Of a stretch of 39,127 bases of DNA, positions 31,718 through 38,982 are shown piece after piece. Positions within the stretch are counted from its first letter, which is position 1, and each line of letters begins with the position of its first letter. A program made the translations under genes and the position numbers. The notes under the pieces are model-generated. The model saw only the letters and a program-made list of their open reading frames with translations, was not told the DNA's origin and searched no databases. The stretch is from Syntrophales bacterium (GTDB taxonomy: Bacteria; Desulfobacterota; Desulfobaccia; Desulfobaccales; 0-14-0-80-60-11), in assembly GCA_028688935.1 (NCBI GenBank), contig JAQTXE010000003.1, positions 1 through 39,127 of the forward strand, given 5' to 3'.

Positions 31718-32053
31718 GTGGAACGCATCAAACCGGAGACGTTGCGCAGTTGGTTGGAGGACCCGGAAGTCTTTATCCTGGATGTGCGCACCCCCCCGGC
31801 CTGGGAGTCCAGCCAGGTCATGATCCCCGGGGCCCACCGCTTTAATCCCCGGCAGCCGTTGGAGACCCGGGTCAAGAATATACCTCAGGACAAGAAAATA
31901 GTGGCTTACTGAGCCTGACACGCCGAAGGCACCAGCGCCCGGGTGGCGCAGGAACTGGAGCAGTCGGGGTTCCCCCCGGTTTACATCCTGGAAGGCGGCT
32001 GGCGGGCCTGGGAAAAAGAAAATTTTCCCACGGTTCCTAAGGAAGAAGCTTAG
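31718..32053 (+). CDS. single-domain rhodanese with two in-frame TGA codons at the catalytic loop (candidate selenoprotein, U-A-U)
   Basis: GTG at 31718 follows AAGGAGGA (31704-31711). After ...KKIVAY come TGA(31910) GCC TGA(31916), then 44 in-frame sense codons HAEGTSARVAQELEQSGFPPVYILEGGWRAW..., the canonical rhodanese C-terminus, ending at TAG 32051. The alternative reading is a pseudogene. Confidence 0.55.
31932..31952 (+). promoter_or_regulatory. candidate bacterial SECIS hairpin
   Basis: CC-A-GCGCC, loop CGGGT, GGCGC-A-GG. That is 7 bp with one A/A mismatch and a G-containing apical loop. The loop lies about 28 and about 22 nt after the two TGAs. Confidence 0.35.
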
Positions 32054-32073
32054 GGGCGGTTTACTTTTTTGTA

Positions 32074-32166
32074 ATGATGCAGATGAAATTTTCCCGGGTG
32101 GAGGTTCTCAAAGGTGGATGGAGCGGCTGGGTCAAGGCAGGATATCCCACCGAACCCCTGAAATAA
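32074..32166 (+). pseudogene. remnant of a second rhodanese C-terminus
   Basis: A 30-codon ORF MMQMKFSRVEVLKGGWSGWVKAGYPTEPLK reproduces the GF..V..L.GGW..W..AG.P.E end of a rhodanese domain. It lacks the N-terminal two-thirds and the active-site loop. Confidence 0.4.
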
Positions 32167-32217
32167 GGAGGACTTCGGGAAATCCCCAGATAAGTGGACG
32201 GTTTCAGGAGTCGGCCG

Positions 32218-32260
32218 AAAAAAAAGGGCTGCAGAAGGCGGTAAGCTTCTCCTGCAGCCC
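32218..32260 (-). terminator. intrinsic terminator for the minus-strand FmdB-like gene
   Basis: GGGCTGCAG (32226-32234) pairs with CTGCAGCCC (32252-32260). On the minus strand the hairpin is followed by T8 (A-run 32218-32225 on the plus strand). Confidence 0.75.
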
Positions 32261-32334
32261 CTAAGCGTCAATTTGGAGGCGCCGAAAATTTTACAAATTA
32301 TATTTAGCCAAAAGCCTCCGGGCTCCGGAAGCTT

Positions 32335-32532
32335 TTAATTACCTGTTTGCGAGGAAGCCTTGGCAGGCCAGACGGGTCGGGACTCCTTTTCAAAATACGG
32401 CTGAAAGACGTCCTCATCTAGGCGCAGCATCAAACTGCCGCACTGGGTACAGAAAGCCGTGTGGTCATCCAGTCCGGCCACCCTTTGATCCCGACTTTTA
32501 CAGTCGACGCATTGATATTCGTAAATCGGCAT
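32335..32532 (-). CDS. FmdB-family zinc-ribbon protein (65 aa)
   Basis: The MPIYEYQCVDC start plus a second CxxC (CTQCGS) fit the family. The SD GGGGGAG precedes the ATG at 32532. The track's 12 extra N-terminal codons are unlikely. Confidence 0.8.
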   Translation of the reverse strand: MPIYEYQCVDCKSRDQRVAGLDDHTAFCTQCGSLMLRLDEDVFQPYFEKESRPVWPAKASSQTGN

Positions 32533-32721
32533 AAGATCTCCCCCTTTGCTATGCCTTTTAGAAAGCAATAATCATGCCCAATATTAGAATCAAGGGGGGC
32601 AATTAATTTTTTAATAGAAATTTGAACTAAATAGCTTCAAAATGAGGCAAAATTTATTTGTCCATATTTCCGGGAGGGCTATGGGGGAATTGACATATGT
32701 TACTTTTTGCATCATCGGCAA

Positions 32722-32730
32722 TGGTATAAT
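32722..32730 (+). promoter_or_regulatory. extended -10 promoter element upstream of pyk
   Basis: TGGTATAAT (the TGnTATAAT pattern) lies about 45 nt before the pyk GTG. No good -35 sits at 17 nt, which is consistent with the extended -10 class. Confidence 0.4.
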
Positions 32731-32775
32731 TGCCCCATGACCACAAAGGTCCGTCAGGTCTAAAAGGGAGAGTAA

Positions 32776-34206
32776 GTGTCTGTTTTAAAACAAAAAAGAC
32801 GCACAAAAATTGTGTGTACCCTCGGCCCCGCGTGCGCCGGTGAGATATTAGGCCACTTGGTTAAAGCCGGGATGAATGTGGCCCGCCTCAATTTCTCCCA
32901 TGGCACCCTGGAAGAACACGCGGATTGGGTCCGCCGGGTGCGGGAGATTTCCCGGGCTAAAGGGAAGCCGGTGGCCATCCTCCTGGATCTGGCCGGCCCC
33001 AAACTACGCGTCGGTGAAGTCCCGGCAGGACACATGCCCTTGAAAGCGGGGCAGGCCATTACTCTGAGCCTGACGCCCCTTTCTCCGGAGGAGGCGGGGG
33101 TACAAGTGGATTTCCCGGAGATCATTGCCGAAACTCCCCCGGGGGCCCGGATTCTCCTGGCCGATGGCCAGATCGAGCTGCGGGTGGAAAGCAAGACTGG
33201 AGAGGCCCTCCATTGCCGGGTTTTAGTGGGTGGGGTATTACGCTCCCGGGTAGGGATCAATTTTCCCTCCCACTCCCTGTCGGTCCCGGCCCTTACTCCC
33301 AAGGACCGGGAGGATATCCGCTTTGCTGTAAATCAGGGAGTGGATTACCTCGGCCTCTCTTTTGTGCGTTCCCCCGAGGACGTCTTGGAGGCCCGGGAGT
33401 TGATCCGTTCCTTAGGGGGCGACCTCCCTATCATCGCCAAAATTGAAAAGCATGAGGCCCTGGAGCACCTGGATGCCATCCTGAAAGAGGCCGATGGTCT
33501 GATGGTAGCCCGGGGGGACCTGGGGGTGGAGGTGGCCCTGGAACGGGTGCCCGTCATGCAAAAGCAGATCATCGCCGCGGCTAACCGTGCGGGCAAACCG
33601 GTGATCACCGCCACCCAGATGTTGCTCTCCATGGTGAACCATTCCCATCCCAGCCGGGCGGAGGCCTCGGATGTGGCCAACGCCATCCTGGACGGCACCG
33701 ACGCGGTGATGCTCTCGGAGGAGACCGCCATGGGCCGGTATCCGGTGGAGGCGGTTAAATTCCTGGATGAGGTAAGCCGGGTGACGGAGAGTCATTTCCC
33801 GTATTTGCAGTGGCTCCGGGACCGGATGCCCCGGGGCCGCCAGGATATCTCCGAGGCCATCAGTCACGCGGCCTGCGAAATGGCCCTGGACCTGGAAGCC
33901 GGGGCCATTCTCACCAGCACGGATAGTGGGGCAACCGCCCGTCTCATCAGCCGCTTTCGGCCCCGCACCCCCATCATCGCGGTCACCTACCGGCGGGAGA
34001 CCTGGCGCCGCCTCAGTTTAGTGTGGGGGGTTTTTCCCCTCCTGGCCCCCTTGATCGAAAACACCGACCACATGCTGCAGATGGTGGAGCAGGAGGCCAT
34101 CAAGGCCGGCTGGCTCAAATCCGGGGAGCGGGTGGTGATCACCGCCGGCACCCCCATCGGCGCCCGGGGCACCACCAATCTTATTAAGGCGGATATTATC
34201 AAGTAG
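32776..34206 (+). CDS. pyk: pyruvate kinase
   Basis: Carries TKIVCTLGPA, ARLNFSHG, MVARGDLGVE and MLSEETA motifs. Length is 476 aa. The start is GTG after GGGAG. Confidence 0.95.
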   Translation: MSVLKQKRRTKIVCTLGPACAGEILGHLVKAGMNVARLNFSHGTLEEHADWVRRVREISRAKGKPVAILLDLAGPKLRVGEVPAGHMPLKAGQAITLSLTPLSPEEAGVQVDFPEIIAETPPGARILLADGQIELRVESKTGEALHCRVLVGGVLRSRVGINFPSHSLSVPALTPKDREDIRFAVNQGVDYLGLSFVRSPEDVLEARELIRSLGGDLPIIAKIEKHEALEHLDAILKEADGLMVARGDLGVEVALERVPVMQKQIIAAANRAGKPVITATQMLLSMVNHSHPSRAEASDVANAILDGTDAVMLSEETAMGRYPVEAVKFLDEVSRVTESHFPYLQWLRDRMPRGRQDISEAISHAACEMALDLEAGAILTSTDSGATARLISRFRPRTPIIAVTYRRETWRRLSLVWGVFPLLAPLIENTDHMLQMVEQEAIKAGWLKSGERVVITAGTPIGARGTTNLIKADIIK

Positions 34207-34267
34207 AGAAATGCTGGGATTTTATCGACGTGAACTTTCTCAATTGGAGAAAAGGATAGTTTTTATA

Positions 34268-34291
34268 ATAAAAACTAAAAACTAAAAAACC
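34268..34291. repeat. heptamer array AAAAACT (3 units)
   Basis: Parses as at|aaaaact|aaaaact|aaaaaac|c, just upstream of the GH57 gene's SD. Confidence 0.75.
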
Positions 34292-34310
34292 ATCCTCACC
34301 GGAGGACCAA

Positions 34311-36056
34311 ATGCCTGAACACCTGGGAAGCTTTACTTTCGTGCTCCACTCCCACCTGCCCTACGTCATCGGCCACGGCCGCTGGCCCCACGGCATGGAC
34401 TGGCTCAACGAAGCCGCGGCGGAATCTTATATCCCCTTGCTTAACGCCTTTAACCGTCTGGCTGCAGAAGGCGGCCCCACCGGGGTAACCCTGGGCATTA
34501 CCCCCATCCTGGCGGAGATGCTGGCGGCGGACGTCTTCCGCCGGGAGTTCAAGGACTATCTGGATAACAAAATCCAGGCGGCCGGGGAGGACCTGGATAC
34601 CTTTCAGCGCCTGGGAGATAAGCATTTCGCCTCCGTAGCCCGGATGTGGGAAGACCACTACCGGGAATTGAAAAGGGTGTTTTGCGAGGACTTCGGGGAA
34701 GACCTCCTGGGGGTCTGCCGGCGGCTGATGGACAGCGGCGCCTTGGAAGTGATCACTTCCGCGGCCACCCACGGTTATCTGCCCCTGTTGGGGCGGGACA
34801 CCGCGGTCCAGGCCCAGGTGAAGCAGGGCGCGGCCGCGTACCGGCGTCATTTCGGCCGGGACCCCAGGGGGTTCTGGCTGCCGGAGTGCGCCTACCGGCC
34901 CCGCTACCCCTGGGTGCCGCCCCTGAAGGATTTGGCCACCGAACCGGTGCTGCGCAAGGGGGTGGAAGAATTCTTATCCGAAAACGGCCTCCGCTATTTC
35001 ATCATTGATTCCCACCTCCTGAAGGGGGGGAAGGCCATCGGCGTCTACAAGGATCGCTTCGAGGCCCTGGAGCGCCTCTGGGAGCGCTTCGCGGCCCAAT
35101 ACCAGGAGAGGCCCGAAGATGAGGAGAAATCCCCCTATCTTCCCTACCTGGTAACCTCCGCGCCGGAGACCAAGCGGCCGGAAGCCATCTTTACCCGGGA
35201 CCCTAAGACCGGGCTCCAGGTTTGGAGCGGCGAGTGGGGGTATCCCGGCGACGGCAATTACCTGGATTTCCATAAGAAGCGCTTCCCCGGAGGGCTGCGC
35301 TACTGGCGGGTGACCAGCGCCAAGGCCGATTTGGCGGACAAGGGCCCCTATCATCCGGACTGGGTTACGTCCCGGATCAATGAGCAGGCGGACCATTTCG
35401 TCTCTCTGATTCACGACATCCTGGCCGAATTCCAGGCCGCCAACAAACAACCGGGGATCATCACCGCGCCGTATGACACCGAGCTTTTCGGGCACTGGTG
35501 GTTCGAGGGTCCGGAATGGCTCTACCAGGTGCTGCGCCGCCTGCAACAGAGCCCCCAGGTGAGCCTCAAGTCCGCGGGCGCCTTCCTGGAAGAGGCCGCG
35601 CCCCTGTCGGTCATCTCCCTGCCGGAAGGCTCCTGGGGGGAGGGGGGCTACCACTGGATCTGGCTTAACGAGATGAACGACTGGACCTGGCGCCATATCT
35701 ACCCCGCGGAACAGGAGATGGAAGAACTGGCCCAGCAGTGGGGGGATGACCCGGACACCCGTCTCCAGGACCTCCTGAAGCAATGCGGCCGCAGCCTCTT
35801 TCTCCTGGAGGCCTCGGACTGGCAGTTCCTCATCAGCACTTTTTCCGCCCGGGATTATGCGGAACTGCGGCTGGTGATGCACCACGAGGATTTTCAGCGG
35901 CTGGCGGGTATGGCCCGGCAGTACGCGGCGGACCGCGATCTGCCCCCCGAGGACTGGAATTTTCTGGAATTATGCCGGGAGCGGGACGATGTCTTCCCGG
36001 ATATCGAGCCTAAGTGGTGGTCCCGCCTGGAATTTCCGCCGGAGGAGAGGGAGTGA
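34311..36056 (+). CDS. GH57-family 1,4-alpha-glucan branching enzyme
   Basis: The N-terminus reads FTFVLHSHLPYV...GRWPHG..WL.EAAAESYIPLL, and catalytic-region strings WLPECAY and TPYDTELFGHWWFEG are present. Both are typical of GH57 branching enzymes. Confidence 0.85.
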   Translation: MPEHLGSFTFVLHSHLPYVIGHGRWPHGMDWLNEAAAESYIPLLNAFNRLAAEGGPTGVTLGITPILAEMLAADVFRREFKDYLDNKIQAAGEDLDTFQRLGDKHFASVARMWEDHYRELKRVFCEDFGEDLLGVCRRLMDSGALEVITSAATHGYLPLLGRDTAVQAQVKQGAAAYRRHFGRDPRGFWLPECAYRPRYPWVPPLKDLATEPVLRKGVEEFLSENGLRYFIIDSHLLKGGKAIGVYKDRFEALERLWERFAAQYQERPEDEEKSPYLPYLVTSAPETKRPEAIFTRDPKTGLQVWSGEWGYPGDGNYLDFHKKRFPGGLRYWRVTSAKADLADKGPYHPDWVTSRINEQADHFVSLIHDILAEFQAANKQPGIITAPYDTELFGHWWFEGPEWLYQVLRRLQQSPQVSLKSAGAFLEEAAPLSVISLPEGSWGEGGYHWIWLNEMNDWTWRHIYPAEQEMEELAQQWGDDPDTRLQDLLKQCGRSLFLLEASDWQFLISTFSARDYAELRLVMHHEDFQRLAGMARQYAADRDLPPEDWNFLELCRERDDVFPDIEPKWWSRLEFPPEERE

Positions 36057-36068
36057 AAGATAATCCCA

Positions 36069-36217
36069 TTTTTGGCTTTTCGTTTTCCCTCAAAAGAAAT
36101 TTCTATTTATGTAACTTACGCAAATAATTAAATATATTTCTGTAAGGGCGAACCTTGTATTCGCCCTTACGTTTAAATCTTTTTCACGAAAAACGAAAAA
36201 CGAAAAACGAAAAACGG
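36069..36217. repeat. composite: inverted heptamer arrays (TTTTCG-type at 36069-36089, ACGAAAA x4 at 36185-36217) bracketing a GTAA/GTAG-headed palindrome (36142-36170)
   Basis: The left array reads tttttggcttttcgttttccc. The central palindrome is GTAAGGGCGAA-CCTTGT-ATTCGCCCTTAC. The right array parses as c|acgaaaa|acgaaaa|acgaaaa|acgaaaa|acgg. Confidence 0.8.
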
Positions 36218-36416
36218 TCATTCTAGGCCGTGGGTTTTTCGCCACTGGTTGAGGCGATCTGTGGTTTTTTTACCACAAATTCCAGGGGACGACGGTTTTG
36301 GGGAGGAAGGAACTCTTCTTGATATTATGTCGATTTATCAGGCCATTAACCTCCAAGAGCGCTACCGCGCAAAATAACCGGAGCCCTGGTATAGGGATTG
36401 CACCTTCCCAGGCAAT

Positions 36417-37334
36417 ATGTTTTGGCAAAAGACTCTGGCACATCCCTTAAGTTTTTCCGGCATCGGCCTCCATGGAGGCCAGGCAGTGGCCGTGGCCATT
36501 TACCCGGCCCAGGCCAATCAGGGCCTGCGGTTCGTCCGGGCCGACCTGCCGGGCCGCCCCCAGATTCGGGCCCATTACTCCCGGGTGACGGATTGCACCC
36601 GGGCCACCACCCTGGGGGAGAACGGCTGCACCCTGTCCACCGTGGAACACCTCCTGGCGGCCCTGTGGGGGCTGGGGGTGGACAATGCCCTCATCCAGGT
36701 GCAAGGACCCGAACTGCCTATCATGGACGGCAGCGCCGCTCCTTTTACCCGGCTCTTGATGGAGACGGGCCTGCGTTCCCTGCCCTGGCCCCGGGCCCAC
36801 GTCCTGGTCAAGCGGCCCGTGGAATTGCGGGAAGGGGACCAATGGATGCGGGTCTTCCCCGGCGATCCCCGGATCAGCTACACCATCGATTTTCCCCATC
36901 CTCTGATCCGCCGCCAGCGTTACTCCATGGCGGTGAAACCGGGGGGGTTCCGCCGGGAGATTGCCCCGGCCCGGACCTTCGGCTTCTTGAAAGAGGTGGA
37001 GTATCTGAAGGCCAACGGCCTGGCCTTGGGGGGCTCCCTGGACAACGCCGTGGTCCTGGACGACACTGACGTGTTGAATCCCGGGGGCCTACGGTTTCCC
37101 GAAGAATGCGTGCGCCACAAGATCCTGGACGCGGTGGGCGACCTGGCCCTGCTGGGCATGCCCCTGGTAGGCCGCCTGGAAGTGGGCCGGGGGAGCCACG
37201 CCCTGCACCTGAAATTCATGGAGCACCTGATGACCCAGGACGACGCCTGGCGCATCTGGATACCCTCCGCCCGGGAACGGCGCAACCGGCCCCGCTGGGC
37301 CCCCGCACCCCTGTGGGAAGGGCTGCCGGCGTAG
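36417..37334 (+). CDS. lpxC: UDP-3-O-acyl-N-acetylglucosamine deacetylase
   Basis: The N-terminus QKTLAHPLSFSGIGLHGG, TVEHLLAALWGLGVDN and HKILDAVGDLALLG are all present. Length is 305 aa. Confidence 0.95.
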   Translation: MFWQKTLAHPLSFSGIGLHGGQAVAVAIYPAQANQGLRFVRADLPGRPQIRAHYSRVTDCTRATTLGENGCTLSTVEHLLAALWGLGVDNALIQVQGPELPIMDGSAAPFTRLLMETGLRSLPWPRAHVLVKRPVELREGDQWMRVFPGDPRISYTIDFPHPLIRRQRYSMAVKPGGFRREIAPARTFGFLKEVEYLKANGLALGGSLDNAVVLDDTDVLNPGGLRFPEECVRHKILDAVGDLALLGMPLVGRLEVGRGSHALHLKFMEHLMTQDDAWRIWIPSARERRNRPRWAPAPLWEGLPA

Positions 37335-37335
37335 G

Positions 37336-37369
37336 AAGCTGTCAGCTATTAGCTATCAGCTTTCAGCTT
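37336..37369. repeat. heptamer array of the CAGCT family
   Basis: Parses as aagct|gtcagct|attagct|atcagct|ttcagct|t. It shows the same unit progression as 24590-24616. Confidence 0.8.
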
Positions 37370-37384
37370 AAAAAGAAAAATATC

Positions 37385-37414
37385 GGGCGGCCGGGAGCCG
37401 CCCTTTTAATTTTA
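37385..37414 (+). terminator. intrinsic terminator after lpxC
   Basis: GGGCGGC (37385-37391), loop CGGGA, GCCGCCC (37397-37403), followed by TTTTAATTTTA. Confidence 0.7.
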
Positions 37415-37540
37415 GGGTGCAGTTGGTCTTACACCAAGTTGCCATCAAACAAGTAACATAGGCATCCAGCCTATGGGAAGCGCAGGCTAAAGCCGGCGGC
37501 TACCAAATTACCTGTTTGAACGGGTTTTGATATTAAACCT

Positions 37541-37596
37541 CGTTCCCAAGCTCCTGCTTGGGAACGCACTTGCTGCCGCAGCTCCGGCAGCGGCAA
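37541..37596. repeat. two adjacent palindromes downstream of the mtaB-like gene
   Basis: CGTTCCCAAGC-TCCT-GCTTGGGAACG (37541-37566) and TTGCTGCCG-CAGCTC-CGGCAGCGGCAA (37570-37596, bulged). Neither has a clear U-tract. They may help terminate the convergent genes. Confidence 0.5.
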
Positions 37597-37616
37597 CTTA
37601 GATTGCGCGCCCCTCA

Positions 37617-38945
37617 TTACTGGACCTCCCCCACCAAGGCCTCGCCCTGGATTTCCCGGAATCGTACCTTTATTATGCGGTTTTGCCAATCTAAAGGGCC
37701 GGGAAGCAGCACCCGCAGGTAGTTGGCGCTCAGGCCCTTGAGCATCCCGGCCCGGGCAGCCGGGCCTTCCACCAGGACCTCCCCGGTTTTGCCCAGTTGG
37801 GCCTCCAGGAATTGCCTTTTTTTCCTCTGTCCCAGTTCTCGCATGTTTTTCGCCCGGGTCTGCACTTCCTGGTGCGGTACCCGGCGCATCTCCGCCGCGG
37901 GGGTGCCGGGCCGGGGAGAGAAGGGAAAGACGTGGAGATAGGTCACCGGCAGGGAGGCCACCAGGGAGCGGGTGGCTTCAAAGTCGGCTTCGGTCTCCCC
38001 TGGGAAACCCACCAGGACGTCCATTCCTAAGCCCGCGTCCGGGAAGAGCCGCTTGATCTCCTGGATTATATCCCGGAATGCCTCCGGGGTATAATCCCGG
38101 CCCATGGCTTTGAGCACCGGGGCTGCGCCGCTCTGGAGGGGGAGATGGAAATGGGGGCAGAAACCGGGAAATCCGGCCAACTCCTGAAGCAGAGCCGGGG
38201 TGACCTCCTGGGGCTCCAAAGAACTGAGGCGGAGCCGGGGAGGGCGAGGCCGGGAGCTGAGGAACCGCAACAACGCGGCAAGGTCTGTAGAAGGGTTCAA
38301 GTCTCCGCCGTATTGCCCCAGGTTGACCCCGGTGAGCACCACTTCCTGGTAGCTTGCAGCCGCCAGTTTTTCCAGGGCCCCGGCCACTTCCTCAAGGGGC
38401 AGGCTGCGCCGGGGGCCCCGTACCTGGGGGACGATGCAATAGGTGCAATGATGCTCGCAGCCGTCCTGGATTTTCAGGCGGGGCCGGGTGTGGCCGGGGA
38501 GCAGGGGCGCGGGCAGGGCCTGGAAGTTTTCTGTAAGGGCAAAAGGACCCACCTCTATCCGGGGAGCCTTTTGGGGAAATGCCGCCAGCCAAACCGCCAG
38601 CCGGGCCTTCTCCCGGTTTCCCAGGACCGCCTGTACTCCGGGGAGCGCGGCCAGTTCCTCCGGGTCCCGCTGGGCATAGCAACCGGTTATCCAAAGGGGG
38701 GTCCCAGGATACTCCCGGGCCAGGCGGCGGATGGCCTGGCGGGCCTGCTGGTCGGCCCGGGCGGTGACGGTGCAGGTATTAACCAGGATCAGGTCCGGCG
38801 AGGTTCCCTCGGGAGCCGCCTGCCACCCCTGGGCGATGAGTTCCTGGCTCAGACCCACGGTGTCACACTGGTTCACCTTGCAGCCGAAGGTCAGGATGCA
38901 GAAGAGATGGTTTTCGGTTTTCGGTTTTCGGTTTTCCGTTGCCAT
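37617..38945 (-). CDS. mtaB: radical-SAM methylthiotransferase, MiaB/RimO/MtaB family (MtaB-like)
   Basis: Has the N-terminal UPF0004 cluster FGCKVNQCD...NTCTVT...GCYAQ and the radical-SAM CEHHCTYCIVP. The start is taken at ATG 38945 (MATENRK...), because the track start at 38978 would run across the mnmA stop. Confidence 0.85.
   Translation of the reverse strand: MATENRKPKTENHLFCILTFGCKVNQCDTVGLSQELIAQGWQAAPEGTSPDLILVNTCTVTARADQQARQAIRRLAREYPGTPLWITGCYAQRDPEELAALPGVQAVLGNREKARLAVWLAAFPQKAPRIEVGPFALTENFQALPAPLLPGHTRPRLKIQDGCEHHCTYCIVPQVRGPRRSLPLEEVAGALEKLAAASYQEVVLTGVNLGQYGGDLNPSTDLAALLRFLSSRPRPPRLRLSSLEPQEVTPALLQELAGFPGFCPHFHLPLQSGAAPVLKAMGRDYTPEAFRDIIQEIKRLFPDAGLGMDVLVGFPGETEADFEATRSLVASLPVTYLHVFPFSPRPGTPAAEMRRVPHQEVQTRAKNMRELGQRKKRQFLEAQLGKTGEVLVEGPAARAGMLKGLSANYLRVLLPGPLDWQNRIIKVRFREIQGEALVGEVQ
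38909..38940. repeat. heptamer array GGTTTTC (4 units) inside the first codons of the mtaB-like gene
   Basis: Parses as ggttttc|ggttttc|ggttttc|ggttttc|cgtt. It is translated as TENRKPKTEN. Confidence 0.85.
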
Positions 38946-38958
38946 CTTAGATATAATT

Positions 38959-38982
38959 TGGCGGGCGGGGACGCCCACCCTA
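38959..38982. repeat. GTAG-headed REP-like palindrome (same family as 3780-3802)
   Basis: Reverse complement is GTAGGGTGGGCGTCCCCGCCCGCC. It lies between the mnmA stop and the mtaB-like start, and its GTAG-end overlaps the mnmA TAG. Confidence 0.6.

Noticed and set aside
32336-32352. 13-nt identity AATTACCTGTTTG shared with 37507-37519
   Set aside because: Matches of this length are expected many times by chance among all position pairs in a 39-kb window. One copy is coding and the other intergenic, with no extended similarity.
36327-36377. 16-codon mini-ORF (MSIYQAINLQERYRAK) upstream of lpxC as a leader peptide
   Set aside because: It has no SD at a functional distance and no associated attenuator structure. 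It cannot be distinguished from chance.
645-38940. Short tandem arrays considered as CRISPR arrays
   Set aside because: The units are 7-10 nt and directly abutting, with no spacers. The arrays are under 70 nt, and no cas genes or leader lie in the window.
38946-38978. Track start of the mtaB-like ORF at 38978
   Set aside because: It would begin within 2 nt of the mnmA stop codon and read through the REP-like palindrome. ATG 38945 gives a normal N-terminus just before the FGCKVNQCD cluster.
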